Shown piece after piece: positions 48,165-58,563 of a stretch of DNA of 64,000 bases. Below the pieces are notes generated by a model, which saw only the letters and a program-made list of their open reading frames with translations, had not been told where the DNA came from and did no database searches. The first letter of the stretch is position 1. Each line of letters opens with the position of its first letter. The DNA is from Candidatus Doudnabacteria bacterium (GTDB lineage Bacteria; Patescibacteriota; Doudnabacteria; UBA920). The DNA lies in the NCBI GenBank assembly GCA_003151625.1, contig PLYC01000021.1, forward strand, positions 80,235-144,234, read 5' to 3'. A program made the position numbers and the translations under genes.

Positions 48165-49208
48165 TTACTGGTTGACGGTCGGGGGAGTCAGTGGTTCAAA
48201 GATGTCCTGCACCCCATAAACCGCCTCATCATAAGCCACACCGAACGGCGACAGCACAGTAACACGAAGGCGAGCGCCGTCGTGCAGGTTGTTCAGATCG
48301 TAATCCACACGTCGATCAAACCTCTGCAAAGCGGGTTGCCCTGCGACAAAGGGCTGAGGAGGGAAGACGCCGATCACGGATTGCGAGTTGAGCATATCCG
48401 TGATATTGTCGTGCCCGTCGGCAAGCCACATTGTCGTAACTTCGGATGGGCCGCCCAACGACGAAATGCTGGCCACTAGCTGAAAGCGCGATGACTTGCC
48501 AACCAAGCGATACAAAGTCTGGCTCGGCGGCAAGTTAACGCTCAGCGTTGTCGGGATAGTCACGTAACCGGTCTCCGGGAAAACAATTTTGGTCTGGCCG
48601 TCGCGCTTGTCGTACATATAGAACGCAATTCCAGCCGGACGGCCTTCGTTGCCGATGTCGGAGTTGACGAGCGTGAAAGTGAAGGTATTAACGCCGTCAA
48701 AAACAAAGTCGACGGGCTGCCTGTTAGGGTTGTCCCCCAACAGATACAACCACGCGCCATTGACATCAATTGAACCGGAACGATCAAAACGTTCCATCGG
48801 ACGTAGCAGTCCCCCGTTGTAATAAAGCGTAAAGGACTCAACGTGGCTCGGAGTGCCGGAGTTCTGAATATAGTACTCAATGCCGGCGTCATACGGGTCG
48901 CTGACTTGAACCCGAAACTTGGTCACGAGCCCGTTGGACTGCAAGCAGAATGCCTGCAAGGTTACCTGCTGAACCGACGGCAACGGCGTGCCGGTGGGGG
49001 TAGACGTACTCGTCTGCTGCGGAGTGACGCACACCGGCGTCGGATCCGGCAGGTTGAAGATCCCAACCTGATTGAGCGCAACGGCCAACGGCCGAGGCTC
49101 GGTCTGGGCTAAAGCGGCAGTTGCAAAGATGGCCGCTAGTACTACGATGATCCCGAAAAACCGTTTAGTGGTAAACATTTTTGTCCTCATCCTAAAATAC
49201 ATCACCAA
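48165..49208 (-). CDS. Secreted hypothetical protein (GC-rich foreign gene); start uncertain (probably MFTTKRFF at 49178)
   Basis: N-terminal hydrophobic signal ..FFGIIVVLAAIFATAALAQTEP. Thr/Pro-rich linker. Visibly GC-rich versus flanks. Confidence 0.5.
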   Translation of the reverse strand: MVMYFRMRTKMFTTKRFFGIIVVLAAIFATAALAQTEPRPLAVALNQVGIFNLPDPTPVCVTPQQTSTSTPTGTPLPSVQQVTLQAFCLQSNGLVTKFRVQVSDPYDAGIEYYIQNSGTPSHVESFTLYYNGGLLRPMERFDRSGSIDVNGAWLYLLGDNPNRQPVDFVFDGVNTFTFTLVNSDIGNEGRPAGIAFYMYDKRDGQTKIVFPETGYVTIPTTLSVNLPPSQTLYRLVGKSSRFQLVASISSLGGPSEVTTMWLADGHDNITDMLNSQSVIGVFPPQPFVAGQPALQRFDRRVDYDLNNLHDGARLRVTVLSPFGVAYDEAVYGVQDIFEPLTPPTVNQ

Positions 49209-49484
49209 GAAATCCTCGAGAAGTTCCCTGGGCGCAGATAAAGCATCACAAATGACGCCCTAACTTCGCCCAAGGAACACAATATTTTCTTCTCTTGTAT
49301 CCCGACTTTTTACGTCGGGGTTAATTAATATATCCTCCAAACAATTTTAAAGAGCTAAAAGTTAGCCTGCCACAAAATATGCAGATTAACCTACTATTAT
49401 ACATTTTTTTAAGATTTTTGTCAATATCTCCAAACAAAAAACCGCTTAATTTAGCGGTTTGACCATCTACCAATTACCAATTTT

Positions 49485-49555
49485 TTACGGATATACAGAT
49501 TACTGCAGTAATCTGTATATCCGTATGGTTTATCCGTAATCCGTAGATGAACTTA
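49485..49555. repeat. Left flank direct repeat of the GxxExxY cassette (contains the perfect palindrome acggatatacagattactgcagtaatctgtatatccgt)
   Basis: Shares ttacggatatac.gat.ctgca and atccgtaatccgtagatgRact with the right flank at 49935-50035. Confidence 0.6.
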
Positions 49556-49930
49556 ATACAGGTTCAAAATTCGTTTAAACTTAACCCCTCCGCCAGTAAA
49601 GTTGGCCAGTATTGCCAACTGGAGATTCATACTTTTTAAATAACTTTTTGTTTGTTCTATATGTTGACGCGAAAAAAGGTTATCTTTTTTTATTTCCAAT
49701 ATAACTTTATTATCAATAACAAAATCAGCTTGCCTTCTTCCAATAAACACTCCTTTATATTCAAGCAAAACAGAAACCTGCTCTTTGAATGAAATCCCCC
49801 TACTCTTAAATTCCGCCGCTAGTGCTCGTTGGTAATACTTTTCCAATAGTCCACTACCCAATTGATTATGGACTTCAAAAAGTGCACCAATAATTTGCCT
49901 TGAAAGTTCTTTATGTATTAATTCCGTCAT
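49553..49930 (-). CDS. GxxExxY family protein (PD-(D/E)XK nuclease-like)
   Basis: ..GSGLLEKYYQRAL.. contains G-x-x-E-x-x-Y. About 125 aa, typical for the family. Flanked by direct repeats. Confidence 0.65.
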   Translation of the reverse strand: MTELIHKELSRQIIGALFEVHNQLGSGLLEKYYQRALAAEFKSRGISFKEQVSVLLEYKGVFIGRRQADFVIDNKVILEIKKDNLFSRQHIEQTKSYLKSMNLQLAILANFTGGGVKFKRILNLY

Positions 49931-49934
49931 AGAT

Positions 49935-50035
49935 CATCTACTAATTACGGATTTGTTACGGATATACGGATACTGCACAGCCCTTCATAGATTGGTATAT
50001 TGGTAATGCATCCGTAATCCGTAGATGGACTCCTA
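49935..50035. repeat. Right flank direct repeat of the GxxExxY cassette
   Basis: gttacggatatacggatactgcac ... atccgtaatccgtagatggact, homologous to 49485-49555. Abuts the stop of the PilB-like gene. Confidence 0.6.
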
Positions 50036-51709
50036 GCCTTCTCCTGCCACCCTAAACACTTCCTCTACATCTGTCATGCCCTGCAAAGCTTTTAGCAGGC
50101 CGTCTTGGACCATGGTTATCATACCCTGAGACACGGCGACTTTTTTAAACTCGGCCATAGAAGAATTTTCTTTTAAAATTAGAGCCTGAACCGCTTCGGT
50201 ATTTTCCAAAACTTCGTAAATGCCCACGCGGCCTTTGTAGCCTAAATTATGGCATTGGTCACAGCCGGCGGAATGGAAAAACAACAGCTCCTTTGGCAGT
50301 TCCACATTTGCAACTTTTGGAATTTGGTTTAAAATGTACTGGATTTTTTCCATAACCGTGGGCGAAAGCTGAGCGGGTTTTTTACAGCTTTGGCACAGGC
50401 GCCTCACTAACCGCTGCGCGAGTACCGCCGACAAAGCGGGCGCGGCCACAAACGGCTTAATGCCCATATTCAGCAAGCGCGGAATGGCGCCGGCGGCATC
50501 GTTGGTGTGAAGTGTGGAAAAAACCAAGTGGCCGGTCAGCGCGGCCTGAAGCGCGGTCTCCGCGGTTTCCTGGTCGCGGATTTCACCCACCATTACAATG
50601 TCAGGATCTTGCCGCAATATGGCGCGCAGGCCTTTGGCAAAATCAAAATCGTGCGTATGGTCTATTGGCGTTTGAACAATCCCCTCCAATTTGTATTCCA
50701 CCGGATCTTCCAGAGTAATAATTTTTACTCCCGGCTGGTTGAGCTCATTTAAAAACGCGTAAAGCGAAGTGGTTTTACCGGAGCCGGTTGGGCCGGTGGT
50801 AATAACCATACCGTTGGGTTTTTGCAACATCCTCTCTACTACTTCCAAAGCCTGGGTGGAAAAACCCAAATCTTTTAACTTTAAAGTACTGGCTCCGGTA
50901 CCGAGCAAACGCATAACAATTTCTTCGCCGTACGCGCTGGGCAAAATGGAAACACGAACGTCAATAGGCTTTTGCAGATAGTAAAAAGTTATACGCCCAT
51001 CCTGAGGCACGTCTTCCACGTTCAGTTTTAATTTAGACAAAATTTTAATGCGGGTAACTATGGATCTCTGTAGGTCTTTGCTAATGTGCAACATATCCTG
51101 GAGTACGCCGTCCACGCGAAAACGCAATTTAAAAAAATGCTCCTCCGGCTCCATGTGAATGTCGGAAGATTTATAAAACATTCCCGCGCCAAAAATAATT
51201 TCCAAAAGTCGGCTGGCATTTTTGGCCTTTTGTTCCGTCTCGCTTTCCATGGACTTTAATAGATCAGCGTAGTTTTCCTCTTTTTCCACTTTTAAAACTT
51301 CTTCCGATGCCAATTTCGGCCTTAATACTTTACTGTAAAATCTCAAAGTCTGCAGCAAACTCATTTTGGAAATAAAATATAATTTAACTTTATGGTTTAG
51401 CGCCAGCTCTTTTATTTTCTCCTGGAGCAGCGGGTGGTTTGGCTGGATGGTGGCAATGCGCAGGTCGGTTAAATCTTTATAAAAAGGCACAGCGCTCATT
51501 TCTTTGGCCTCGGCTTCGGTAAACATACCCAAAACGGCCAAGTCCACCGGAAAATTATGCAAATCTATATATGGCAAATTTAAAGAGCCGGCTTGAGCTT
51601 GCGCTTCTTCCTCTTCCATTTTGCGGTTGAGCTCATTTAAGCCTTCCTGCAGTTCCTGGGGTGAACTCGCTAAAAATTTATTGGACATAAAATATTGGTA
51701 GAAAAACAC
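50033..51709 (-). CDS. Type II/IV secretion-system ATPase (GspE/PilB family), likely type IV pilus assembly ATPase
   Basis: Walker A GPTGSGKTTSL. Asp box and His box regions. C-terminal Zn-binding ..CQSC..CDQC... Confidence 0.85.
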   Translation of the reverse strand: MFFYQYFMSNKFLASSPQELQEGLNELNRKMEEEEAQAQAGSLNLPYIDLHNFPVDLAVLGMFTEAEAKEMSAVPFYKDLTDLRIATIQPNHPLLQEKIKELALNHKVKLYFISKMSLLQTLRFYSKVLRPKLASEEVLKVEKEENYADLLKSMESETEQKAKNASRLLEIIFGAGMFYKSSDIHMEPEEHFFKLRFRVDGVLQDMLHISKDLQRSIVTRIKILSKLKLNVEDVPQDGRITFYYLQKPIDVRVSILPSAYGEEIVMRLLGTGASTLKLKDLGFSTQALEVVERMLQKPNGMVITTGPTGSGKTTSLYAFLNELNQPGVKIITLEDPVEYKLEGIVQTPIDHTHDFDFAKGLRAILRQDPDIVMVGEIRDQETAETALQAALTGHLVFSTLHTNDAAGAIPRLLNMGIKPFVAAPALSAVLAQRLVRRLCQSCKKPAQLSPTVMEKIQYILNQIPKVANVELPKELLFFHSAGCDQCHNLGYKGRVGIYEVLENTEAVQALILKENSSMAEFKKVAVSQGMITMVQDGLLKALQGMTDVEEVFRVAGEG

Positions 51710-51954
51710 AAAAAGATAGAATCAATTTGCTGTTTTGATGATTGTTTGTTTCAAAAATTTAACTCACTAATAGTATTATTATACCATTTGTGTGGAAATA
51801 AAGAAATTCCCAATAAAGATTTCCCCGCCGCAAGCAGCGGGGTATTACTGCAAGGACATTTCTGTAAATTCGCGGCAAGCCGTGAGGTATTAAACCTTTC
51901 TTAGCTCCTTGCCTCGTCTTGCCAGGGCGGGATCTCGCCTACGTCGCGAATAAA

Positions 51955-51998
51955 AAATAGTGGGAACCTTTTGGTGCCCACTATTTTGCCCTTGGTCT
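51955..51998 (-). terminator. Rho-independent terminator downstream of the DHH-family gene
   Basis: Minus-strand reading: caaaatagtgggcaccaaaaggttcccactatttttt (8-bp stem plus T-run). Confidence 0.55.
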
Positions 51999-52003
51999 TT
52001 TAG

Positions 52004-53149
52004 CTACTTTTTTAAAACTTCCAACAGCCTTTGTTCTAAATTTTCCAGACTTTGGTTTTCGAAATTTTGTTCAATTATTTTGTAGTTTCCCAAGTCCTGG
52101 TTTAAAATTTGCGCGCCGGAACCCAAGGACTCCTTAAATTTTTCCGCGGAGATTTGTTCATTTACCGCGAAAAGCAAACGCTCGGAATTCTGGACAGGCT
52201 CGGCTAGTATGGCAATAATTTTATGTCCGCTAATATTGTCTATAAATTCTGCCAATACCGGCAGAAGTTCACTTGCGGTCGCAGCGGCCTTTTCAAAATC
52301 TACCGAAGTCAAAACTGAATAAATTATTTTTTCGTCTTCCAATATTTTCATTCTGGCCAAAGCCCGACCCCAAAGTTTAAGCAGCGGCAAAGGCTTGGTT
52401 TTATAGATATGTCTGATTATTTCCTGCTGGCGAGCTCCCAAAACCACGAGTTCGCTGGCTTTTAAAAAAGCTTTAGGCGTAGTTTGCACGTGCTGAAAAC
52501 TGCGGGTGGAGGAAATTATTCCCAAAAGCAGGCATGTGGCAATATCCTGATCCACCAGCTGTTGTTCGTATTTTTGTAAAACCCCGGCCAGTATTTCGGC
52601 TAGCGAACTTACGGTAATATCCACCAAATTCAGCTGGCCAAAATATTCATTGTCCGGATGGTTGTCTACGTTAATTTTTGGCGTCTCGAAAAATAAATCG
52701 GTGTTTTGTTCGTAAAGCCTACCCAAGTCTTCCAGTGACCGCGCGCCCAATACAAAAATTAAATCTACCGGAAATTTTTCGGTGGAAAAACTTAAATCCT
52801 GGGGCGTAAATTCCTCGCCTTTGGCCTTTAAATAAATTTGAGCCTTGTCGTCGGCTGTCTGATAGCTGATTTCTTCCAATTTTTTTACTGTAGTGTCAAC
52901 CGTTACCACCAAACTTTTGCGCGCGCTTATTTGGCTGGTTACGGTTTCCGCTCCCGGTAAAAATTTTAAATTCTCCGGCGCCAAACCCGCACTTGCCACT
53001 AAAACATCTTTTTGTAATTTATTTAAAAACAACCTCAAACCTAAAGCGGTGGCCAAGCCGTCCGCCAAAACATTTTGGGGTAAAACAATCAGAATTTTGT
53101 TGGATTTTCTGATTTGCTCAAATACTTGCTGGGTAATGTCAAGTTCCAT
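52004..53149 (-). CDS. DHH-family phosphoesterase-like protein (NrnA-like architecture, motifs degenerate)
   Basis: N-terminal ..ILIVLPQNVLADGLATALGL.. and ..VDNHPDNEYFG.. resemble the DHH motifs. C-terminal DHHA1-like region. Confidence 0.45.
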   Translation of the reverse strand: MELDITQQVFEQIRKSNKILIVLPQNVLADGLATALGLRLFLNKLQKDVLVASAGLAPENLKFLPGAETVTSQISARKSLVVTVDTTVKKLEEISYQTADDKAQIYLKAKGEEFTPQDLSFSTEKFPVDLIFVLGARSLEDLGRLYEQNTDLFFETPKINVDNHPDNEYFGQLNLVDITVSSLAEILAGVLQKYEQQLVDQDIATCLLLGIISSTRSFQHVQTTPKAFLKASELVVLGARQQEIIRHIYKTKPLPLLKLWGRALARMKILEDEKIIYSVLTSVDFEKAAATASELLPVLAEFIDNISGHKIIAILAEPVQNSERLLFAVNEQISAEKFKESLGSGAQILNQDLGNYKIIEQNFENQSLENLEQRLLEVLKK

Positions 53150-53439
53150 GAAATTAGTCGATAACTAATAATTGATAACTTATAACAGTGCAAAACTAAT
53201 AATAAAGGTTCGCTCTCCGCAGAGCTCCGAGGTGCTGAACCTGTATTAGCTCCTCGGCTCGGAATATTGTCTGCCGGAGGCAGATAATATTCTCTCGCTC
53301 TACGTCGCAAATAAACTATCAATTAAATATTATCAGTTAATTCAACGATTTATCAGTATAATCCATTTTACTTTAGGCGTCAATACAGTGTAAAATGATA
53401 AATAGATATTGAATGATGTGGGGAAATTAAGATATTTGG

Positions 53440-53486
53440 TGCCGCTTGGTTAATATCAATCAATATCCCAATATCTTAATATCCTT
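53440..53486 (+). promoter_or_regulatory. AATATC box array immediately upstream of tsaE
   Basis: ttaatatcaatcaatatcccaatatcttaatatccttttgATG. Near-identical to 55197-55242 upstream of ruvB. No SD sequence. Confidence 0.45.
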
Positions 53487-53885
53487 TTGATGAAAAAAGT
53501 ACAATACGTCACTTTACAACAAATTCCATCAGTAGCTAAAGCCGTTGCCAAAAATCTAAAAGGCGGGGAAATTTTTGCACTTATTGGCTCTTTGGGCAGC
53601 GGCAAAACCACTTTTGTCCAGGCTTTGGGCAGGGAGCTAAAAATTAGGAAAAAAATTACCAGCCCGACCTTTATTCTGCTCCAGGCTTTCCCGTTCCAGT
53701 CAAAAGCCAAAAAAGAAGTCTGGCTATACCATCTGGATTTATATCGCACCAAAAATTTTAGGGAAGTTAAAACTTTAGGGCTTTTGGAAGTTTGGGGCAA
53801 ACCCGACACAGTTACACTAATTGAATGGGCAGATAAAATAAAAAAATATCTGCCGAAAAAAAGTATAATTATCAAGTTTTTATAG
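53487..53885 (+). CDS. tsaE: tRNA threonylcarbamoyladenosine biosynthesis protein TsaE
   Basis: ..LIGSLGSGKTTFVQALGREL.. P-loop. Size about 130 aa. Confidence 0.8.
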   Translation: MMKKVQYVTLQQIPSVAKAVAKNLKGGEIFALIGSLGSGKTTFVQALGRELKIRKKITSPTFILLQAFPFQSKAKKEVWLYHLDLYRTKNFREVKTLGLLEVWGKPDTVTLIEWADKIKKYLPKKSIIIKFL

Positions 53886-53890
53886 TATAA

Positions 53891-55111
53891 ATGATGAGGG
53901 ACAAAACATACTTAACAATTTTAATTTTTATCTTCCTGGTTTTTCTTCCCGGCAAAGCCGTTTTTGCCGCAACCGCAAACAGTCCGTTTTCTTTTTCTTA
54001 CAACGGGCAAGTTTTTAATGTCAGTCAGGACGCATTTAACCTCTGGCAGGGCACCAGCACCATAGCTCCCAACCCGGCTTTGGCTTCCCCGCCGGTTGAT
54101 TTTAACTCCTACCTTTTAAATTTTCTAGGGCAAGATTCACCGGTGCAAAATTCCGCGCAAACTTACCATTACAGCTTAAGCGCCATTTACAGTTACATTA
54201 AAAATTTATCGACCCAAATAAATATAAAATCCCAGGAACCGGAACTCGAAATTCAAAATAACCGCGTCACAAAATTTATCCCGCCACAGACCGGGCTTAG
54301 CCTGGACGTTTTGACCAGTTCGCTTGATGCGTTAAATGCACTAACAGCAAACGCAAGTTCCAGCGAGCTTACCGTTTATCAAACGCCGCCGCAAACCTCC
54401 CTGGCCCAAACAAATAACTTGGGAATTAACCAACTGATTGCCGAAGGTGTTTCCGGATTTAAAGGCAGTCCCAATAACCGCCGTCATAACATAGCCGTAG
54501 GTATTGAAAAATTTCAGGGCTTAATAATCCCCCAGGGCGCGGAATTTAGTTTTGACGACAACCTGGGTCCGGTAACCGCCGAAGCCGGGTTTTTACCGGA
54601 GTTGGTTATTAAAGGCAGTGAGGGCACCATTCCGGAACTGGGAGGCGGCTTATGTCAGGTTTCCACCACAACTTTTAGAGCGGCTATGGCCGCCGGCTTG
54701 CCCATAACCGCGCGTCGCAACCACGCTTACGCCGTACAGTATTACTCGCCCCAGGGAACCGACGCCACTATATATCCGGGTTCGGCCGATTTAAAGTTTA
54801 TTAACAACACTCCCGGCGCCATACTTGTATGGCCTTACGAAAAAGACAAAAATACTTTAGTTTACGATTTTTACGGGACTAATGATGGCCGGAAAGTTAC
54901 TTTAAAAAAACCGGTGGTGTATGACCGCCTACCCGATGGCTCAATGAAAGCGACCTGGACGCGGCTGGTCACCTTAAACGGGGAAACCTCAACTTCAACA
55001 TTCAAGTCCGTCTACCAGCCCCCCGCTCTGTTCCACAAAACCGAAACTTTTATTTCCGCGTCCGGCACCCAAACCAGCGGCTTAAAAATCCCTGCCTCCA
55101 AAACCCCGTAA
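53891..55111 (+). CDS. VanW-family protein with N-terminal membrane anchor
   Basis: ..GGGLCQVSTTTFRAAMAAGLPITARRNHAYAVQYY..GTDATI.. is the VanW core. Confidence 0.75.
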   Translation: MMRDKTYLTILIFIFLVFLPGKAVFAATANSPFSFSYNGQVFNVSQDAFNLWQGTSTIAPNPALASPPVDFNSYLLNFLGQDSPVQNSAQTYHYSLSAIYSYIKNLSTQINIKSQEPELEIQNNRVTKFIPPQTGLSLDVLTSSLDALNALTANASSSELTVYQTPPQTSLAQTNNLGINQLIAEGVSGFKGSPNNRRHNIAVGIEKFQGLIIPQGAEFSFDDNLGPVTAEAGFLPELVIKGSEGTIPELGGGLCQVSTTTFRAAMAAGLPITARRNHAYAVQYYSPQGTDATIYPGSADLKFINNTPGAILVWPYEKDKNTLVYDFYGTNDGRKVTLKKPVVYDRLPDGSMKATWTRLVTLNGETSTSTFKSVYQPPALFHKTETFISASGTQTSGLKIPASKTP

Positions 55112-55194
55112 TTCTTTAATCTTTAAGGCAACTCCCAAGTTCGGTTTATTCGCAAACATTGGCTAAATATAGTAAAATTATAGATATCGGTTTT

Positions 55195-55242
55195 TGCCTG
55201 ATTAATATCAATTAATATCCAAATATCTATAATATCCTTCAA
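55195..55242 (+). promoter_or_regulatory. AATATC box array immediately upstream of ruvB
   Basis: gattaatatcaattaatatccaaatatctataatatccttcaaATG. Confidence 0.45.
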
Positions 55243-56286
55243 ATGATTACATCAAGCAACAAACAAGACGCTCCATTGCAAGCCGAACCCGAAGATCAGG
55301 AGGAAATAATTATCGAACAAACTTTGCGACCGCAGAGTCTTTTGGAGTACGTGGGACAAACGGGCGTCAAAAATAATTTAAATATAATTATTCAGGCGGC
55401 CAAGCAGCGGGGGGATGTTTTGGAACATTTACTGTTTTACGGGCCGCCGGGCCTGGGCAAAACCACGCTGGCGTTTATTGTGGCGCGCGAAATGGGCGGC
55501 AACATTAAAGTCACTTCAGGTCCGGCCATTGAACGCGCCGGAGATTTAGCCAGCCTGCTCACCAACTTAAGCGAAGGCGATGTGTTATTTATAGACGAAA
55601 TTCACCGGCTCAATAAAGCCGTGGAGGAAGTTTTATACCCGGCTATGGAAGACCACGTACTTGATATAGTTTTAGGCAAAGGCCCAGGCGCGCGTTCTAT
55701 CCGAATGGATTTGCCTAGGTTCACGCTAATTGGCGCGACTACCAGAATCGGACTAATTTCTTCCCCCCTGCGCGACCGCTTTGGCGCCACCTACCGTTTG
55801 GAGTATTATCCGGAAAAAGATTTGCAAACCATTATAAACCGAAACAGTAAAATCCTTCAGGCAAATATTATAGACGAAGCTTCGGCCGAACTTTCCAAGC
55901 GCTCGCGCTTTACCCCGCGCATTGCCAACCGCCTTTTAAAGCGGGTGCGTGATTTTGCCCAAGTCCATGGCCATGATACAATTAATTTACAAACGGCCAA
56001 ACAGGCCTTGGAATTATTGGAAATAGACGGTTTGGGTCTGGATAAAAACGATCGCCGGGTATTGGAAACTTTAATCCATAAATTTTCCGGGAAGCCCGTG
56101 GGACTAAACACGCTGGCCGCGGCCACCGGTGAAGAGGAAGACACCATAACCGATGTCCACGAACCGTTTTTAATCCGCCTGGGGCTTTTGTCCAAAACCC
56201 CCAAAGGCCGACAGGCCACGGAAGCGGCTTATAAGCACCTGGGACTAACTCCGCCTATCGATCCTCAGCAAAAACCCCTTTTATAA
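55243..56286 (+). CDS. ruvB: Holliday junction DNA helicase RuvB
   Basis: ..[15 protein letters not shown].., ..LFIDEIHRL.., sensor motifs. Confidence 0.95.
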   Translation: MITSSNKQDAPLQAEPEDQEEIIIEQTLRPQSLLEYVGQTGVKNNLNIIIQAAKQRGDVLEHLLFYGPPGLGKTTLAFIVAREMGGNIKVTSGPAIERAGDLASLLTNLSEGDVLFIDEIHRLNKAVEEVLYPAMEDHVLDIVLGKGPGARSIRMDLPRFTLIGATTRIGLISSPLRDRFGATYRLEYYPEKDLQTIINRNSKILQANIIDEASAELSKRSRFTPRIANRLLKRVRDFAQVHGHDTINLQTAKQALELLEIDGLGLDKNDRRVLETLIHKFSGKPVGLNTLAAATGEEEDTITDVHEPFLIRLGLLSKTPKGRQATEAAYKHLGLTPPIDPQQKPLL

Positions 56287-56386
56287 TTAAATAAAATTGA
56301 CAAAATTAAGTAAAATTAAATAAAAATTACTGCAACAAATTTTGTTCAATTTTACTTAATTTTATTTAATTCTGGTCAATCCCCTT

Positions 56387-56599
56387 ATGAACTCTTCCTC
56401 TCCCACCAACTTACTAATCTCCGGCATCTATTATGTCCTGGTCGGACTTATGGGATTTTTTTCGCTGTTCGGGGTTTATGTTTTAATCCGCTACGGAAAA
56501 TCCATAATCTTTGCCTTTATTTTAGCGGCTCTTTACGCAATATTCTTCTTACAAATTTTAGCCGAGAGCTACGCCACTCTACACACCTTACTAAGTTAA
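56387..56599 (+). CDS. Small membrane protein (2 TM)
   Basis: 70-aa hydrophobic ORF. Confidence 0.4.
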   Translation: MNSSSPTNLLISGIYYVLVGLMGFFSLFGVYVLIRYGKSIIFAFILAALYAIFFLQILAESYATLHTLLS

Positions 56600-56713
56600 A
56601 AGTTATAGGTTATAGAAGCCAGTGTGGTCATAAGGTATTGGTAATAAGTACCAAAACCTTATTACTTATTACCATACCGGCCTCTACAACTTATAACCAA
56701 TCACTCTATAAAT

Positions 56714-57265
56714 ATGGGTCATAAACTCTTTCCCAGCCAACAAGACGACGAAACAATTTATTTGGTGGTGCGCGAGCACTGGGTTCATTTACTGTTGAAA
56801 GTTTTAATTTGGGCTTTTTTTGCCGCAATTTTGATTCTTTTTAACCGGTTTTCCCAATCCACTCTTCCGGGACTAACACAGGGAATCCTGGGACAGGGAA
56901 CTTTACTGGTAGCTCAAATTTACACTATGCTCTTAGTTTTGAGCCTCTTTTTGATTTTTGTTTTCTACTATCTAAATATTCAAGTCATTACCAGCATCCG
57001 GGTAGTGGAAGTAACCCAGGAGGGACTGTTTGACCACGTTGTTTCCGAACTGCACATAGACAAGATAGAAGACGCCACCAGTCAAACCGTCGGTATTTTA
57101 GGCACAATTTTTAATTATGGGGATGTTTTTGTCCAGACCGCGGGCACAGTGGACCGCTTTGAATTTCACAACGTACCCAATCCCGGAGGCATAGAAAAAA
57201 TGGTTTTGGATCTTTACGAAAAGAACTCAAACTTTGTGAAAGACGCTGCGACGGGTAACCGATAA
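56714..57265 (+). CDS. Membrane protein, possible bacterial PH (YdbS/YdbT-like) domain
   Basis: ..DETIYLVVREHWVHLLLKVLIWAFFAAILILF.. followed by a second TM. Weak family assignment. Confidence 0.4.
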   Translation: MGHKLFPSQQDDETIYLVVREHWVHLLLKVLIWAFFAAILILFNRFSQSTLPGLTQGILGQGTLLVAQIYTMLLVLSLFLIFVFYYLNIQVITSIRVVEVTQEGLFDHVVSELHIDKIEDATSQTVGILGTIFNYGDVFVQTAGTVDRFEFHNVPNPGGIEKMVLDLYEKNSNFVKDAATGNR

Positions 57266-57282
57266 ATAATAATTGATATTTT

Positions 57283-57723
57283 ATGACAACTGTCGCAATC
57301 TCCGGGGGCTTTGACCCGGTACATATTGGCCACATAGAAATGATGAAGGAAGCCAAAGACCTTGGGGACAAGCTTGTGGTAATAGTTAACAATGACAACT
57401 GGCTAAAAAAGAAAAAGAGTTTTGCATTTATGAACGAAAAGGAACGCAAGGCCATTATTGAAGCCATCCGGTATGTTGATGAAGTTATACTTACCGGCCA
57501 CAAAGAAAACACCGACGATATGTCGGTCTGTAAAGAACTGGAAGCCTTAAAACCCGATATTTTTGCCAACGGCGGCGACCGCCACCCCGCCGGCGATCCC
57601 GTCCCCGAAGTGGAACTCTGCGAACGCTTGGGCATTAAAATGGTCTATAACATCGGCAAGAGCGGCAAAATTCAAAGCTCCAGCGATTTGGTAAAACGAG
57701 TACGTGAAATAGGTAAAAAATAA
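57283..57723 (+). CDS. Cytidylyltransferase-like nucleotidyltransferase (RfaE domain II / TagD-like)
   Basis: ..ISGGFDPVHIGHIEMM.. (HxGH) and ..FANGGDR... Confidence 0.7.
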   Translation: MTTVAISGGFDPVHIGHIEMMKEAKDLGDKLVVIVNNDNWLKKKKSFAFMNEKERKAIIEAIRYVDEVILTGHKENTDDMSVCKELEALKPDIFANGGDRHPAGDPVPEVELCERLGIKMVYNIGKSGKIQSSSDLVKRVREIGKK

Positions 57724-57786
57724 AGCTTCAAAAAAATTATAGCCGGTATGGATAAGTGCAAATCCATACCGGCTTTTTGTTGGCGC

Positions 57787-58335
57787 TCATTTTAGGCTCC
57801 AACGAACGCCGATGACAGAGCGAAGAGTCTGTTTGTAGACGAGCGGGGCAAACCACAGCTTGAGAACTGTGTGCGGCACCGAAAATTCAATTTTCGGACC
57901 GCTGCCCTTAAAGCGTTCGGAAAGGCTGCCGACTCCTAATGTCTTGCTGATCTGGTAGTTGGTTTCCGCCTTGTGCCAGAAGCCGCTGCCCCCGTCCTCA
58001 AACACACCGAGAGCGGAGAGCCTGGCTTTGCCGATCCAAACGTAGGAACCGATGCGCGCCGGGCGTTTGTCCTCTTCCAAGCCAGCGCCTAAAGCGAACT
58101 GCACCCAAGGCTTGGGGCTGTAAGTAGCGCCGCCATAGGCCTGGGAATAGCCCTGCTGAACCTGGAACCAGACAAAGCTTCCTATTTGCCCCTTGATCGG
58201 CTGTGTCAGTAGCCCGTCGATTCTGGGTGTTGCTCCCTGCGGTGTCACATATGTCCGCTCCTCTACCCAGCTTTGTCCAAACGCCAATTTGCCTAACATA
58301 AAAATAACAAACGTCGCCACTTTCATACTCTTCAT
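57787..58335 (-). CDS. Secreted beta-rich hypothetical protein (GC-rich foreign gene)
   Basis: Signal peptide MKSMKVATFVIFMLGKLAFGQ. Gly/aromatic-rich. GC-rich versus flanks. Confidence 0.5.
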   Translation of the reverse strand: MKSMKVATFVIFMLGKLAFGQSWVEERTYVTPQGATPRIDGLLTQPIKGQIGSFVWFQVQQGYSQAYGGATYSPKPWVQFALGAGLEEDKRPARIGSYVWIGKARLSALGVFEDGGSGFWHKAETNYQISKTLGVGSLSERFKGSGPKIEFSVPHTVLKLWFAPLVYKQTLRSVIGVRWSLK

Positions 58336-58563
58336 TGTCTTATCCTCCTAAGATCGCGTTTATCCTCGCCAGGAGTTTTTGTTTTAACCAATAACTTTAC
58401 CAGAAATTTGATTAGTTGTCAATAATATTTCAACTTAATAAGAATTAAGTTTCATTTAGACTCTATATCTATTGAATTATTGTCTGTTGACAATTTTCTA
58501 ACAACATGCTATCATTTTGAATGAATAAACGGATCCAATGGGCACCATTGGTAAAAAACTTCT

